From: an uncultured Acidobacteriaceae bacterium
GTDB taxonomy: Bacteria > Acidobacteriota > Terriglobia > Terriglobales > Acidobacteriaceae
Assembly (NCBI GenBank): GCA_964249695.1
Contig: CAXUDF010000001.1
Span: 43,901-107,900, forward strand
Direction: 5' to 3'
DNA: 64,000 nt
Part shown: positions 1-8,284 of the stretch, one piece after another
Position numbering within the stretch: the first letter of the stretch is position 1
Layout: every line of letters starts with the position of its first letter
Translations under genes and position numbers: made by a program
Notes under the pieces: generated by a model
The model's database searches: none
Seen by the model: the letters and a program-made list of their open reading frames with translations, nothing else
What the model was told of the DNA's origin: nothing

Positions 1-481
1 CCAGGGTGACGGTGTCGCCGTCGTGCAGCGTGCGCTGAACGTGGGCGCGCGGGAACTGCATGGTGCCCTGATGACCGAAGGCGAAGTCGCTTTGGCCGCC
101 GCTTTCGACCACGTCGACATCGCCGTCCATCACTTCGTAATGCGCGCCGGTTTGCTTGAGGATGGCGGCCGCGCCGCCCGCATGATCGACATGCGCGTGG
201 CTGATCAGCAGGAGTTTGATCTCGTTCCAATGAAACCCGAGCTGTTCCACACTGTGACGAATGAGCGCGGGCGAGCTGGTGTAGTTCGCATTGATGAGGA
301 TGTCGCCGGCCGGCGTGACCACAAGATAGGCCGCCAGATCGCGGCTGCCGACGTGATACAGGTTGTCGGCGATCTGAAAGGGGGCGATCGGCGTCGTCCA
401 GTCCGCGGGCACGGCGGCGTGTGCGGGGAGGCGGAGCAGCAGAAGGACAAGGGTCGAAAAGAGAGCGCAACGGGTGGGCAT
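1..481 (-). CDS. Subclass B3 metallo-beta-lactamase-like protein (3' end runs off window)
   Basis: Manual translation from ATG at 481: MPTRCALFSTLVLLLLRLPAHAAVPADWTTPIAPFQIADNLYHVGSRDLAAYLVVTPAGDILINANY...LLISHAHVDHAGG...LHDGDTVTL. Signal peptide, PFxIxDNLYxVG and HxHxDH motifs typical of B3 MBLs. Absent from the ORF track. Confidence 0.85.
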   Translation of the reverse strand, partial: MPTRCALFSTLVLLLLRLPAHAAVPADWTTPIAPFQIADNLYHVGSRDLAAYLVVTPAGDILINANYTSSPALIRHSVEQLGFHWNEIKLLLISHAHVDHAGGAAAILKQTGAHYEVMDGDVDVVESGGQSDFAFGHQGTMQFPRAHVQRTLHDGDTVTL

Positions 482-598
482 CTCGCCACAGAAGAACATG
501 CGCGCCTTGGCGATGGAAGTTCGTTTGTGGATACGCGATCCGTGTTCTGGCTTGCCCCGTTCCGTTGCGAATGCTACCTTTTTCTCAGACAACGCTTT

Positions 599-657
599 GG
601 CGATGGGGTTCGCCAGAACCGCATCGTGGCTCCGGGCCGCTGCTGATAACTCCTACA
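599..657 (+). promoter_or_regulatory. Fluoride riboswitch (crcB motif)
   Basis: GGCGATGGGGTTCGCC-AGAACCGC...GCTGATAACTCCTAC matches the fluoride aptamer consensus. CTCCTAC can pair with the downstream GTAGGAG that contains the SD. Lies directly upstream of a CLC-F gene. Confidence 0.93.
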
Positions 658-673
658 TCGAGTAGGAGGCCCC

Positions 674-1969
674 ATGGCTGTACGACGTTTTGTTTCTCGC
701 ACGAGTCTGGCGCACATCACGGATCTTCGGCATACCCTGCGGTATCTGCTGCGCTGGGTGCCGATTGCCGCCTTGGCGGGTGTGCTGGGCGGCAGTGCAT
801 CGGCTTTGCTGTTGTGGTCGCTCAATGTCGCGACGGCGACAAGGGAAGCGCACCGGTGGCTGATCGCGCTGCTGCCGCTGGCCGGTTTGGCCGTTGGGTG
901 TCTGTACCGGTACCTGGGCACGGCGGTCGAGGCAGGCAACAATCTCATTTTGGACGAGATTCACGATCCCCAGCGCACCATCCCGCTTCGCATGACGCCG
1001 CTGATCCTGATCGGCACGTTCATGACGCACCTATTTGGGGGCTCGGCCGGGCGGGAAGGGACAGCGATCCAGACCGGCGCGTCCCTCGCCGATCAACTCG
1101 CGAAGCCGTTCGGGCTCCATGGCCCGGATCGCCGCATTCTGCTGATGTGCGGCATCAGCGCCGGGTTTGCCTCGGTATTCGGAACGCCGCTGGCCGGGGC
1201 GATCTTCGGCTTGGAGGTGTTGGCTGTCGGCACATTGAGTTACGCAGCCCTGTTGCCATGCGTTGTGGCGGCTTTCGCAGGCGACCTCACCACAAGCGCC
1301 TGGGGGATCCACCATACGATCTACAGGGTCACGGAAACGCCGGCGCTCGGTGTGCGCGGGCTCACCTGTGCGGCTTTTGCGGGGATGATTTTCGGGTTGG
1401 CCGCCATGGCATTTGCCAAGACGACGCATGCCGTTGGGGCGCTGTTCAAGCAGCACATCGCCTGGGCGCCGCTGCGGCCGTTCACGGGGGGCGTGCTGGT
1501 GGCTAGCGGAGTCTTTGCGCTCGGAACGACAAAGTACATCGGCCTTGGCGTCCCAACCATCCTGGCTGCCTTCGACGGGCGGGAACCGCCGTTTCAGTTT
1601 GCCTGGAAGTTCTTGTTCACCGTGGTGACGCTGGGGGCAGGGTTCAAGGGGGGTGAGGTCACGCCGTTGTTCTTCATCGGTGCGACCCTGGGTAATGCCC
1701 TGTCGGCGGTGCTGCCGTTGCCGCCGTCGCTGCTGGCCGGCATGGGGTTTGTGGCCGTCTTTGCAGGCGCGGCGAACACCCCGATCGCTTCGACGCTGAT
1801 GGCCGTGGAGCTCTTCGGTGCGGAGGCGGGGGCCTATGCCGCCGTTGCTTGCGTCTTCAGCTACCTTTTGTCCGGAGATGCGGGCATTTACGGGTCCCAG
1901 CGCCGAGGGCTGAGCAAGCATGGGTATGGGGAAGAAGGCTCGACGGCGTTGGTGTCGAAAGAGGACTGA
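674..1969 (+). CDS. eriC: CLC-family fluoride/H+ antiporter (EriC/CLC-F type)
   Basis: GNNLI, GREGT and GGEVTP motifs diagnostic of the fluoride-specific CLC clade; fluoride riboswitch upstream. Confidence 0.9.
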   Translation: MAVRRFVSRTSLAHITDLRHTLRYLLRWVPIAALAGVLGGSASALLLWSLNVATATREAHRWLIALLPLAGLAVGCLYRYLGTAVEAGNNLILDEIHDPQRTIPLRMTPLILIGTFMTHLFGGSAGREGTAIQTGASLADQLAKPFGLHGPDRRILLMCGISAGFASVFGTPLAGAIFGLEVLAVGTLSYAALLPCVVAAFAGDLTTSAWGIHHTIYRVTETPALGVRGLTCAAFAGMIFGLAAMAFAKTTHAVGALFKQHIAWAPLRPFTGGVLVASGVFALGTTKYIGLGVPTILAAFDGREPPFQFAWKFLFTVVTLGAGFKGGEVTPLFFIGATLGNALSAVLPLPPSLLAGMGFVAVFAGAANTPIASTLMAVELFGAEAGAYAAVACVFSYLLSGDAGIYGSQRRGLSKHGYGEEGSTALVSKED

Positions 1970-2007
1970 ACGCGGGCTGAATTCACACAGTGCGGCATTC
2001 CGCGCCT

Positions 2008-2101
2008 GTCATCCTGAGCGCGGCGAAGAACTTCTGTATTCCTACGAGGCGCTATACAGTTCAGGCAGAATGCCGAGGTCCTTCGCTACGCTCAGGATGA
2101 C
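2008..2101. repeat. REP-like palindromic doublet, GTCATCC family
   Basis: GTCATCCTGAGCGCGGCGAAGAAC ... GTCCTTCGCTACGCTCAGGATGAC imperfect inverted pair between convergent genes. Confidence 0.85.
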
Positions 2102-2147
2102 GAACGAAGAGCACTGGGGCGCACCAGGATCACTTGCTCATCAGCCT

Positions 2148-2567
2148 TCACGCAAAGGCGAGCACAATGGCGCCCGCGGCAATCAGCGCTCCGCCCAGCA
2201 CCTTGCGCGCGGTGATCGCTTCCCCGAGGATGGGCGCGGCGAGTGCGATGACAAAGACCACGCTCAGCTTGTCGATGGGGGCGACTTTCGAGGCCTGTCC
2301 CAACGAAAGTGCGCGAAAATAGCAAATCCATGAGAGCCCCGTGGCAATGCCGGAAGCGATCAAAAACATCCAGCTGCGGCGGTCGATGTGGACGAGGCCG
2401 CCATGCGCTCCCAGGCTCAGCGCGATCATCCATGCAAATAAGACGACCACCGTGGTGCGCACCGCTGTCGCCAGGTTGGGGTCGACGTGATTTACGCCGA
2501 GCTTTGCCAGCAGCGCGGTGACGGCGGCGAAGAGGGCGGAAAGCAGAGACCAGGCGATCCAGTTCAT
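2148..2567 (-). CDS. EamA/DMT family small membrane transporter
   Basis: Hydrophobic ~140-aa protein with ASKVAPIDKLSVV motif; AGGAG SD 6 nt before ATG at 2567. Confidence 0.85.
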   Translation of the reverse strand: MNWIAWSLLSALFAAVTALLAKLGVNHVDPNLATAVRTTVVVLFAWMIALSLGAHGGLVHIDRRSWMFLIASGIATGLSWICYFRALSLGQASKVAPIDKLSVVFVIALAAPILGEAITARKVLGGALIAAGAIVLAFA

Positions 2568-2609
2568 GGGCAACTCCTGTGGACGACGGCTTTTATGGAG
2601 TAGGGTGCG

Positions 2610-3218
2610 CTACTCAAGCGCCGCGTTCACGTCCCGCACCAGATTGCGGATGTAGCCCCGGCGGTTGAGCAGGGCCACCATGGCTTCTTTGGCACTCCCT
2701 TTGCCGGGCTCGTCCGTCGCCTCCTCGGCGGCGTCCCACCGCGTCCAAAGGATTTCCAGCTGCGTTTGCATGTCTTGCAGCAAACCGTTGTAGCGCTCCC
2801 GGGCCGCCTGCAGATCGCGTTCCGCGGCTTCATCTTTTTCGCCCGCGCTACGAGCAAACTGCATCTCTTCCAGTTGCATATTCAGTTCAAACGCCTCTTC
2901 CAGAAGGTCCGGCGGAGCCACCTGTTTTTTGGCTGTACCGGCGGCGCGCGCCTGGTCTGTGGCTTGCCGCGACTGCTCCTCAAGTTGTACGCCCTCCAGG
3001 GACAAGAGGTATTCCGTGCGGGCGATGGGCTCGCGTAGCGTACGGTAGGCATCGTTCAGGGCGGACGAGCGTTCGAGCGCTCCGGCCTGTTCCGAAGCCG
3101 AACGGGCCGCGAAGCGATCGGGGTGCCATCGTCGCGACTGGGCGTAGAAAGCTTTTTCCAGCGCCGAAACGTCCAAATGGAGATGCCGCGGCAGGGAAAA
3201 CAGCGTGAAATAGTCCAT
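2610..3218 (-). CDS. hscB: Fe-S assembly co-chaperone HscB
   Basis: MDYFTLFSL...WHPDRF J-domain, LNDAYRTLREPIARTEYLL; near iscU/iscA. Confidence 0.9.
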   Translation of the reverse strand: MDYFTLFSLPRHLHLDVSALEKAFYAQSRRWHPDRFAARSASEQAGALERSSALNDAYRTLREPIARTEYLLSLEGVQLEEQSRQATDQARAAGTAKKQVAPPDLLEEAFELNMQLEEMQFARSAGEKDEAAERDLQAARERYNGLLQDMQTQLEILWTRWDAAEEATDEPGKGSAKEAMVALLNRRGYIRNLVRDVNAALE

Positions 3219-3302
3219 AGCACTCATTCTAATGAGCGTCCCACAACATCCCCACAAGCTTTCTGGGCCCTGAGAGATACACTGATTCGATAAACGCCTG
3301 CG

Positions 3303-4664
3303 ATGCATCCGCTGACCATCCAAAGCTCCAACGCTCTGCGCGCCCTGGCCGTGACCGCGTCCATTCTGGCTGCCTATGCGGCATTTCTGCTCGCGGAACG
3401 GATTGAACGCACGGAAGATTTCTGGCACCGCCGCGTCTGGCTGACAGCCGCGGCTACGGTGCTTGCGCTGAGCATGTGGTCGATGCACTTCTTTGGGGCG
3501 CTGGAAGACCCGGCACCCGCGGCCGCGGTATACCAGGGGGGATTGGTTGTTCTTTGCCTCCTGGCAGCCATCAGCGCCTGTTGGGTCGGCCTGCGGCTGG
3601 TCGTTTGGCGGCCGGCCCAGTGGGGGCGGCTCCTGCTGGGCAGTCTTGTAATTACCGGCGGCCTGGCAGCGGTGCACCTTCTTGGCGAAAGGGCGTTGCG
3701 GTCGGCCTATGTCGCCGAGGTGCGGCCGGTGTCGCTAGCCATAGCGGCGGTGACCGGATGGTTGCTGGTGACGCTCGGTGTCTGGACCGTGTTCAGCCAT
3801 CGTTCAGGAAACCGGCGCACCGAGTGGCGCAGGATGGGCGGCAGTGCGCTGGTGGGTGCCGGCATCACCGTGGGGCAATCGCTGGCTTCGCGTGCCTTTG
3901 TGCTGCGATCCGTGTCCTTGCCGGTGTCGGTATGGGGTGGCATCAGTGGCAGTGTTGTGGGCGAAACGGCGCTGCTGGTGACCATCGGCCTGGTGTTGCT
4001 GGTTACCCTGGGAACGGCCGCTGTCGATAAGCAACGCTTCCGGGAGTTGAGCCAGCTGCATCAGGCACTGGCCGCCTCGCAACAGGCACTCCTGCGCAGC
4101 GAAGCCCAGTTGCGCGAGGCCAACGGCCTGCTCAGCGAACTTTCCATCCGCGACAGCTTAACGGGTCTGTACAATCGGCGCCGCTTTGACGAGGTGTTCG
4201 ACACGGAATGGCGGCGGTCGCTGCGCAGCCAGCGGCCCCTCGCTTTGCTCATGATCGATGTGGATTGCTTCAAATCGCTGAACGATCATCAGGGGCATCT
4301 GCGCGGGGATGAATGTTTGCGCGAAATTGCCCGCATTCTGGAGGATCAACCGCGCCGAAAGCACGACATGGTCGCGCGTTTCGGCGGGGAAGAATTTGTG
4401 GTGCTGCTCCCCGGCTCGGACGCCGCCGGGGCGTTGGGCATCGCGGAAAACATCCGGCGCTCGGTGGAGGGGCAGCAGATGCCGCACCCGGATTCCAAGG
4501 TGGGTCCATGGGTGACGACCTCGATCGGGGTGTGCAGCCGGACGCCCCGCCTCGGTGAAACCTCAGGCGACATCCTGTATGACGCCGATATGGCGCTGTA
4601 TCTGGCGAAGCAGTTGGGACGAAACCGGGTGGAACTGCGGGAAGCGGTGGTCGTGGAGGTATAA
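3303..4664 (+). CDS. MHYT-like membrane sensor diguanylate cyclase (GGDEF)
   Basis: N-terminal TM region with WSMHFFG; C-terminal DSLTGLYNRR, RKHD I-site and GGEEF active site. Confidence 0.88.
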   Translation: MHPLTIQSSNALRALAVTASILAAYAAFLLAERIERTEDFWHRRVWLTAAATVLALSMWSMHFFGALEDPAPAAAVYQGGLVVLCLLAAISACWVGLRLVVWRPAQWGRLLLGSLVITGGLAAVHLLGERALRSAYVAEVRPVSLAIAAVTGWLLVTLGVWTVFSHRSGNRRTEWRRMGGSALVGAGITVGQSLASRAFVLRSVSLPVSVWGGISGSVVGETALLVTIGLVLLVTLGTAAVDKQRFRELSQLHQALAASQQALLRSEAQLREANGLLSELSIRDSLTGLYNRRRFDEVFDTEWRRSLRSQRPLALLMIDVDCFKSLNDHQGHLRGDECLREIARILEDQPRRKHDMVARFGGEEFVVLLPGSDAAGALGIAENIRRSVEGQQMPHPDSKVGPWVTTSIGVCSRTPRLGETSGDILYDADMALYLAKQLGRNRVELREAVVVEV

Positions 4665-4698
4665 AGCACACGCTCCATAACATCCTTCGGATCTCGCT

Positions 4699-5196
4699 TC
4701 ACGCAGAGAAACTGGAACCGCAGCCGCAGCTTTTGGTCGAGTTTGGATTGATGAAGTTAAACCCTTGCCGCATCAGGGTTTCTTCGAAGTCGAGCACCAT
4801 ACCCGCCAGGTAGAGAAAGCTTTTCGGGTCCACAAAAAGGCGAACCGGCCTGGCGCCGCTCGGGTCGTTGGGCGTTTCCAGCCCTGCGCCGAAGACGAAG
4901 ACGCGGTCGCGTTGGCGCGGCTCGGTATCAAAGCGGATGTTGTAGCTGAGACCGGAGCAGCCGCCGCCCTGCACGCCCAGGCGTAAACCGCCGGCATCGG
5001 GGGAGATACCCTCCTTCGCCATCGCAACACGGATGCGCTTCAGGGCGTTTTTCGTAATCTCGACTGCCGCTTTGGCGCGGGGCTGCTGACCCTCGGCGGT
5101 GAGCAGGACCATACCCGCGAGGGGATTTTTGTGCTCGCTGGACGCCCCCGGTTTCGGAGCACTTGTGCCGGGCTGCAGCAAAGTCGTCGCCATCAT
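4699..5196 (-). CDS. iscA: HesB/IscA family Fe-S assembly protein
   Basis: GGGCSGLSY and C-terminal CGCGSSF motifs. Confidence 0.92.
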   Translation of the reverse strand: MMATTLLQPGTSAPKPGASSEHKNPLAGMVLLTAEGQQPRAKAAVEITKNALKRIRVAMAKEGISPDAGGLRLGVQGGGCSGLSYNIRFDTEPRQRDRVFVFGAGLETPNDPSGARPVRLFVDPKSFLYLAGMVLDFEETLMRQGFNFINPNSTKSCGCGSSFSA

Positions 5197-5228
5197 GGAT
5201 TCCTTAAGAACAGGCGTAAATGAAGGAA

Positions 5229-5258
5229 GCCGATGGATCAGCTATGTGATCCATCGGC
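5229..5258 (-). terminator. Perfect 12-bp stem-loop between iscU and iscA (terminator or mRNA stabiliser)
   Basis: GCCGATGGATCA-gctatg-TGATCCATCGGC, followed on the minus strand by TTCCTTCATTT. Confidence 0.6.
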
Positions 5259-5277
5259 CCCGAAGTAGGATCTTTCT

Positions 5278-5697
5278 TTAATGCGCGGCGACGGCAACGC
5301 CGGCTTCTTCGGCAACGCCGTTCTTCTTCTTCCAATCGCCGATAGCGGCGCGGATGGCATCTTCGGCGAGCACGGAGCAGTGGATCTTTACCGGCGGCAG
5401 GGCAAGCTCCTTCACAATGTCCGTGTTGGAGATGGTCAGCGCTTCGGATACGGTTTTGCCTTTGACCCACTCGGTGGCCAGCGACGAGCTGGCAATGGCC
5501 GAGCCACAGCCGAAGGTCTTAAACTTCGCGTCCTCAATCACTTGGGTGTCGGGGTTGACCTTGATCTGCAGGCGCATGACATCGCCGCACTCCGGCGCGC
5601 CTACCAGGCCCGTTCCGACTTCACTGGAGCTTTTGTCGAGGGTACCGACGTTGCGCGGATTTTCATAGTGGTCGACAACCTTGTCACTGTATGCCAT
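5278..5697 (-). CDS. iscU: Fe-S cluster scaffold IscU
   Basis: MAYSDKVVDHYENPRNVG, CGDVMRLQI, GCGSAIAS and the LPPVK HscA-binding motif. Confidence 0.96.
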   Translation of the reverse strand: MAYSDKVVDHYENPRNVGTLDKSSSEVGTGLVGAPECGDVMRLQIKVNPDTQVIEDAKFKTFGCGSAIASSSLATEWVKGKTVSEALTISNTDIVKELALPPVKIHCSVLAEDAIRAAIGDWKKKNGVAEEAGVAVAAH

Positions 5698-5863
5698 GGG
5701 GGGACTCCTCGTATGTCTGATGATAACGCGGACCGATTCGGTGCGAAAGGTCGATGTATCGGCGTCTACGCGCAGGGAGTGCATTCCCCGCAACCTGCGT
5801 TGTTGCATTGACTGCTTGGAGTGGTAAAGTTTTCGCAAAGAACAAGCACGTCTCAGGGGCTTT

Positions 5864-8023
5864 ATGCGCTCGCTTCGCCGTTTCTCACTCTGTCTCGTGG
5901 CCGCGTTCACGCTCATCAGCCACCTCGCGTCCGCTGGCGCGCAAACGACCTTCTCCACGGTAGTCGCCTTCGGGGATTCGCTTTCCGATACGGGCAATAT
6001 CGCCAACCTCGTCGAAAATGCCACTGCCAACATCGGAAGGGTGCGCTACCCCGCGTTCAACCCGGTGTTCGGCTTCGACTACACGGACGGACGCTTTACC
6101 GACGGCAAGGACACCCAACCGGCCGCCCAGGCCTACTTCGGCGTCTGGATCGAGCAGCTGGCGGCCTCGTTCCCCGCCAGGCCGGCCGTGGTGGATTCGC
6201 TCGATGGCGGCACCAACTATGCCTATGGGGATGCAACGACGGCGACCAGCAGCACCACGCTTGCCGAAGGGCCAATCTCCATCACCCTCCACAATATGGG
6301 GCAGCAGGTCGCCGATTACCTGGGCAGCACGACGGCGCCCAAGCCGAACGCGCAAACGCTGTACAGCCTGTGGGGCGGCGCCAACGATGTCTACGCCGCG
6401 GTGGACACGGCGGCGAACAATGGAACGGACCTGAACGCGGCCGCGACAGCCGCTGCAACGACGGCGGCCGGCAACGAGATCGCGCTGATGCAGCAGCTCA
6501 TCAGCGCAGGTGCGACGAACTTCATCGTGCCCAATCTGCCGCCGCTGGGCGGGGTGCCAAACTACGCGACCAGCGCGGCCAGCGTGGCTCTGAACAACGG
6601 CGCGGCGGTCTTTGCGCAGGCCCTGGCGGGGGGCTTAACCACACTGAAGGCGAGCTATGCGACACAGGGCATTACCCTGCATGTGTACCAGCCGGATGTA
6701 CTGACGCTCTTCGCGAACCTGGCCATGAACCCGATGTCGGTCGGGCTGGGCAACGTGACCGGGGTCGCGCAGAAGCTGACCAGCGGCAGCCCGGACCCGT
6801 ACCTGATCTGGGACGGCCTGCACCCCACCACCACGGGGCACCACTATGTGGCGGCGACGGCGGCGAACCTGTTCACGCCGCTGGTGGGCAGCACGACCGC
6901 GCTGACGTCGCCAAGTGTCGTCATTGCAGGCCAGCCTGCGACGGTCAGCGTGAAGGTGGCCGCCTCGGGTTCGAGTGCAGGGGCGACCCCAACGGGCCTG
7001 GTGACCTTCTTTTCCGGGACAAACTTCATCGGTTCCACGCCGCTGGTCAGCGGAGCGGGAACTGCGACAATTCCGGCGAGCGCCCTGGCGGCCGGTGCCT
7101 ACAACCTCGCTGCGGTGTATGCCGGCGATACGACCTATAACGTGAGCGCCTCCGCCGTGCAGCCTTTGACGGTGCTTCCGGCGCTGGTGGGAACGACGAC
7201 GACCCTGAGCACAAGCAATGCCAATGCCGGGACCGGCAGCCAGATCACCTTCACGGCGACGGTGACGCCCGCTTCGACGAGCTACGGGAGTCCAACCGGC
7301 ACGGTGACCTTTCTGGACGGTACGACCAGCCTCGGCACGGGGACGCTGACCAATGGTGTGGCGACGTTTAGCACATCCTCCTTGGCAGCCGGGACCCACA
7401 CGATCACGGCCAATTATGCGGCCGCGGGTCTCTTCGCGGGTTCGGTTTCGGGTCCGGTGACGGAGACGATCGTGACGCCGGGCTTCACAGCGGCAGCTTC
7501 GCCCACCTCACTCACGATCACGGCCGGCAGTTCCGGCACAACAACGCTGACAGCGACAGCCACGGGTGGGTACACCGGAACGCTGAACCTCACCTGCGGA
7601 TCACTACCGGCGCATTTGTCCTGCACCTTTTCGCCGACTAGCCTGGCGCTTACGGGAACAACCGCCGTGAGCAGCACATTAACCATTGCCACGAACGCTT
7701 CGGCCGCGCTGCTGACGCCCCCTCGCCCAGGCAGTTGGAGCGCGCCGGCCACCCTTGCGGCCACGCTGTTGTGGCCCGGCTGCGCGGGGCTGTTGTGGTT
7801 CGGGCTGCGCAAGCGGCGGATGGCGGGCAGGTTGCGCGGGCTGCAACTGGCAGTCTTGGCGGCGTTCCTGTCGCTCGGGGCGATGTTGGGGCTGTCGGGT
7901 TGCGGTGGGTCGACGAACAACAATGCCGCCACGGGAAGTTACAACGTTTCGATCATTGTCACTCCCGCCGCGGCCACATCGGGTATGCCTCTCACGATCA
8001 ATTTGCCGGTAGTTGTGCAGTAA
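5864..8023 (+). CDS. Secreted SGNH/GDSL hydrolase with Ig-like (Big_3-type) repeats and C-terminal membrane/lipobox-like tail
   Basis: Signal peptide, FGDSLSDTGN, GGAND and DGLHPT motifs; Thr-rich repeats such as PTGTVTFLDGTTSLGT; C-terminal TM-RKRR-TM-LSGCGG. Confidence 0.85.
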   Translation: MRSLRRFSLCLVAAFTLISHLASAGAQTTFSTVVAFGDSLSDTGNIANLVENATANIGRVRYPAFNPVFGFDYTDGRFTDGKDTQPAAQAYFGVWIEQLAASFPARPAVVDSLDGGTNYAYGDATTATSSTTLAEGPISITLHNMGQQVADYLGSTTAPKPNAQTLYSLWGGANDVYAAVDTAANNGTDLNAAATAAATTAAGNEIALMQQLISAGATNFIVPNLPPLGGVPNYATSAASVALNNGAAVFAQALAGGLTTLKASYATQGITLHVYQPDVLTLFANLAMNPMSVGLGNVTGVAQKLTSGSPDPYLIWDGLHPTTTGHHYVAATAANLFTPLVGSTTALTSPSVVIAGQPATVSVKVAASGSSAGATPTGLVTFFSGTNFIGSTPLVSGAGTATIPASALAAGAYNLAAVYAGDTTYNVSASAVQPLTVLPALVGTTTTLSTSNANAGTGSQITFTATVTPASTSYGSPTGTVTFLDGTTSLGTGTLTNGVATFSTSSLAAGTHTITANYAAAGLFAGSVSGPVTETIVTPGFTAAASPTSLTITAGSSGTTTLTATATGGYTGTLNLTCGSLPAHLSCTFSPTSLALTGTTAVSSTLTIATNASAALLTPPRPGSWSAPATLAATLLWPGCAGLLWFGLRKRRMAGRLRGLQLAVLAAFLSLGAMLGLSGCGGSTNNNAATGSYNVSIIVTPAAATSGMPLTINLPVVVQ

Positions 8024-8047
8024 AGGCTGCGGTTTGAAGCGAGGAAC

Positions 8048-8140
8048 TGCGTCCTGAGCGGAGCGAAAGACCCGGTACCTTGTCAGGCATCGTGGGCGCC
8101 TCGAAGGAATACCGAGGTCCTTCGCTGCGCTCAGGATGAC
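8048..8140. repeat. REP-like palindromic doublet, GTCATCC family
   Basis: GTCCTGAGCGGAGCGAAAGAC ... GTCCTTCGCTGCGCTCAGGATGAC. Confidence 0.8.
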
Positions 8141-8284
8141 TACGTAGAATGCGCCCATAACTTTGCCCTGGGTCCGCTGTGCATGGAAGCTGGCAAGATG
8201 CCGTCGCATCTCTGAAGATGAGTTCTCTGCCAATAGCAGACAATAGGGGCAGAGCGCTTTGAGGCGCTCGACGGGAGAAGCATC

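Noticed and set aside
509-525. Second fluoride-riboswitch-like start (GGCGATGGAAGTTCG) suggesting a tandem riboswitch
   Set aside because: No downstream GCTGATRAC/pseudoknot partner strand; at most a degenerate remnant or a chance match.
3219-3677. Long N-terminal extension of hscB (also the extended starts given for iscU, add, RNase T2 and ggt)
   Set aside because: These extensions overlap opposite-strand genes or repeats, and family motifs begin at the downstream ATGs.
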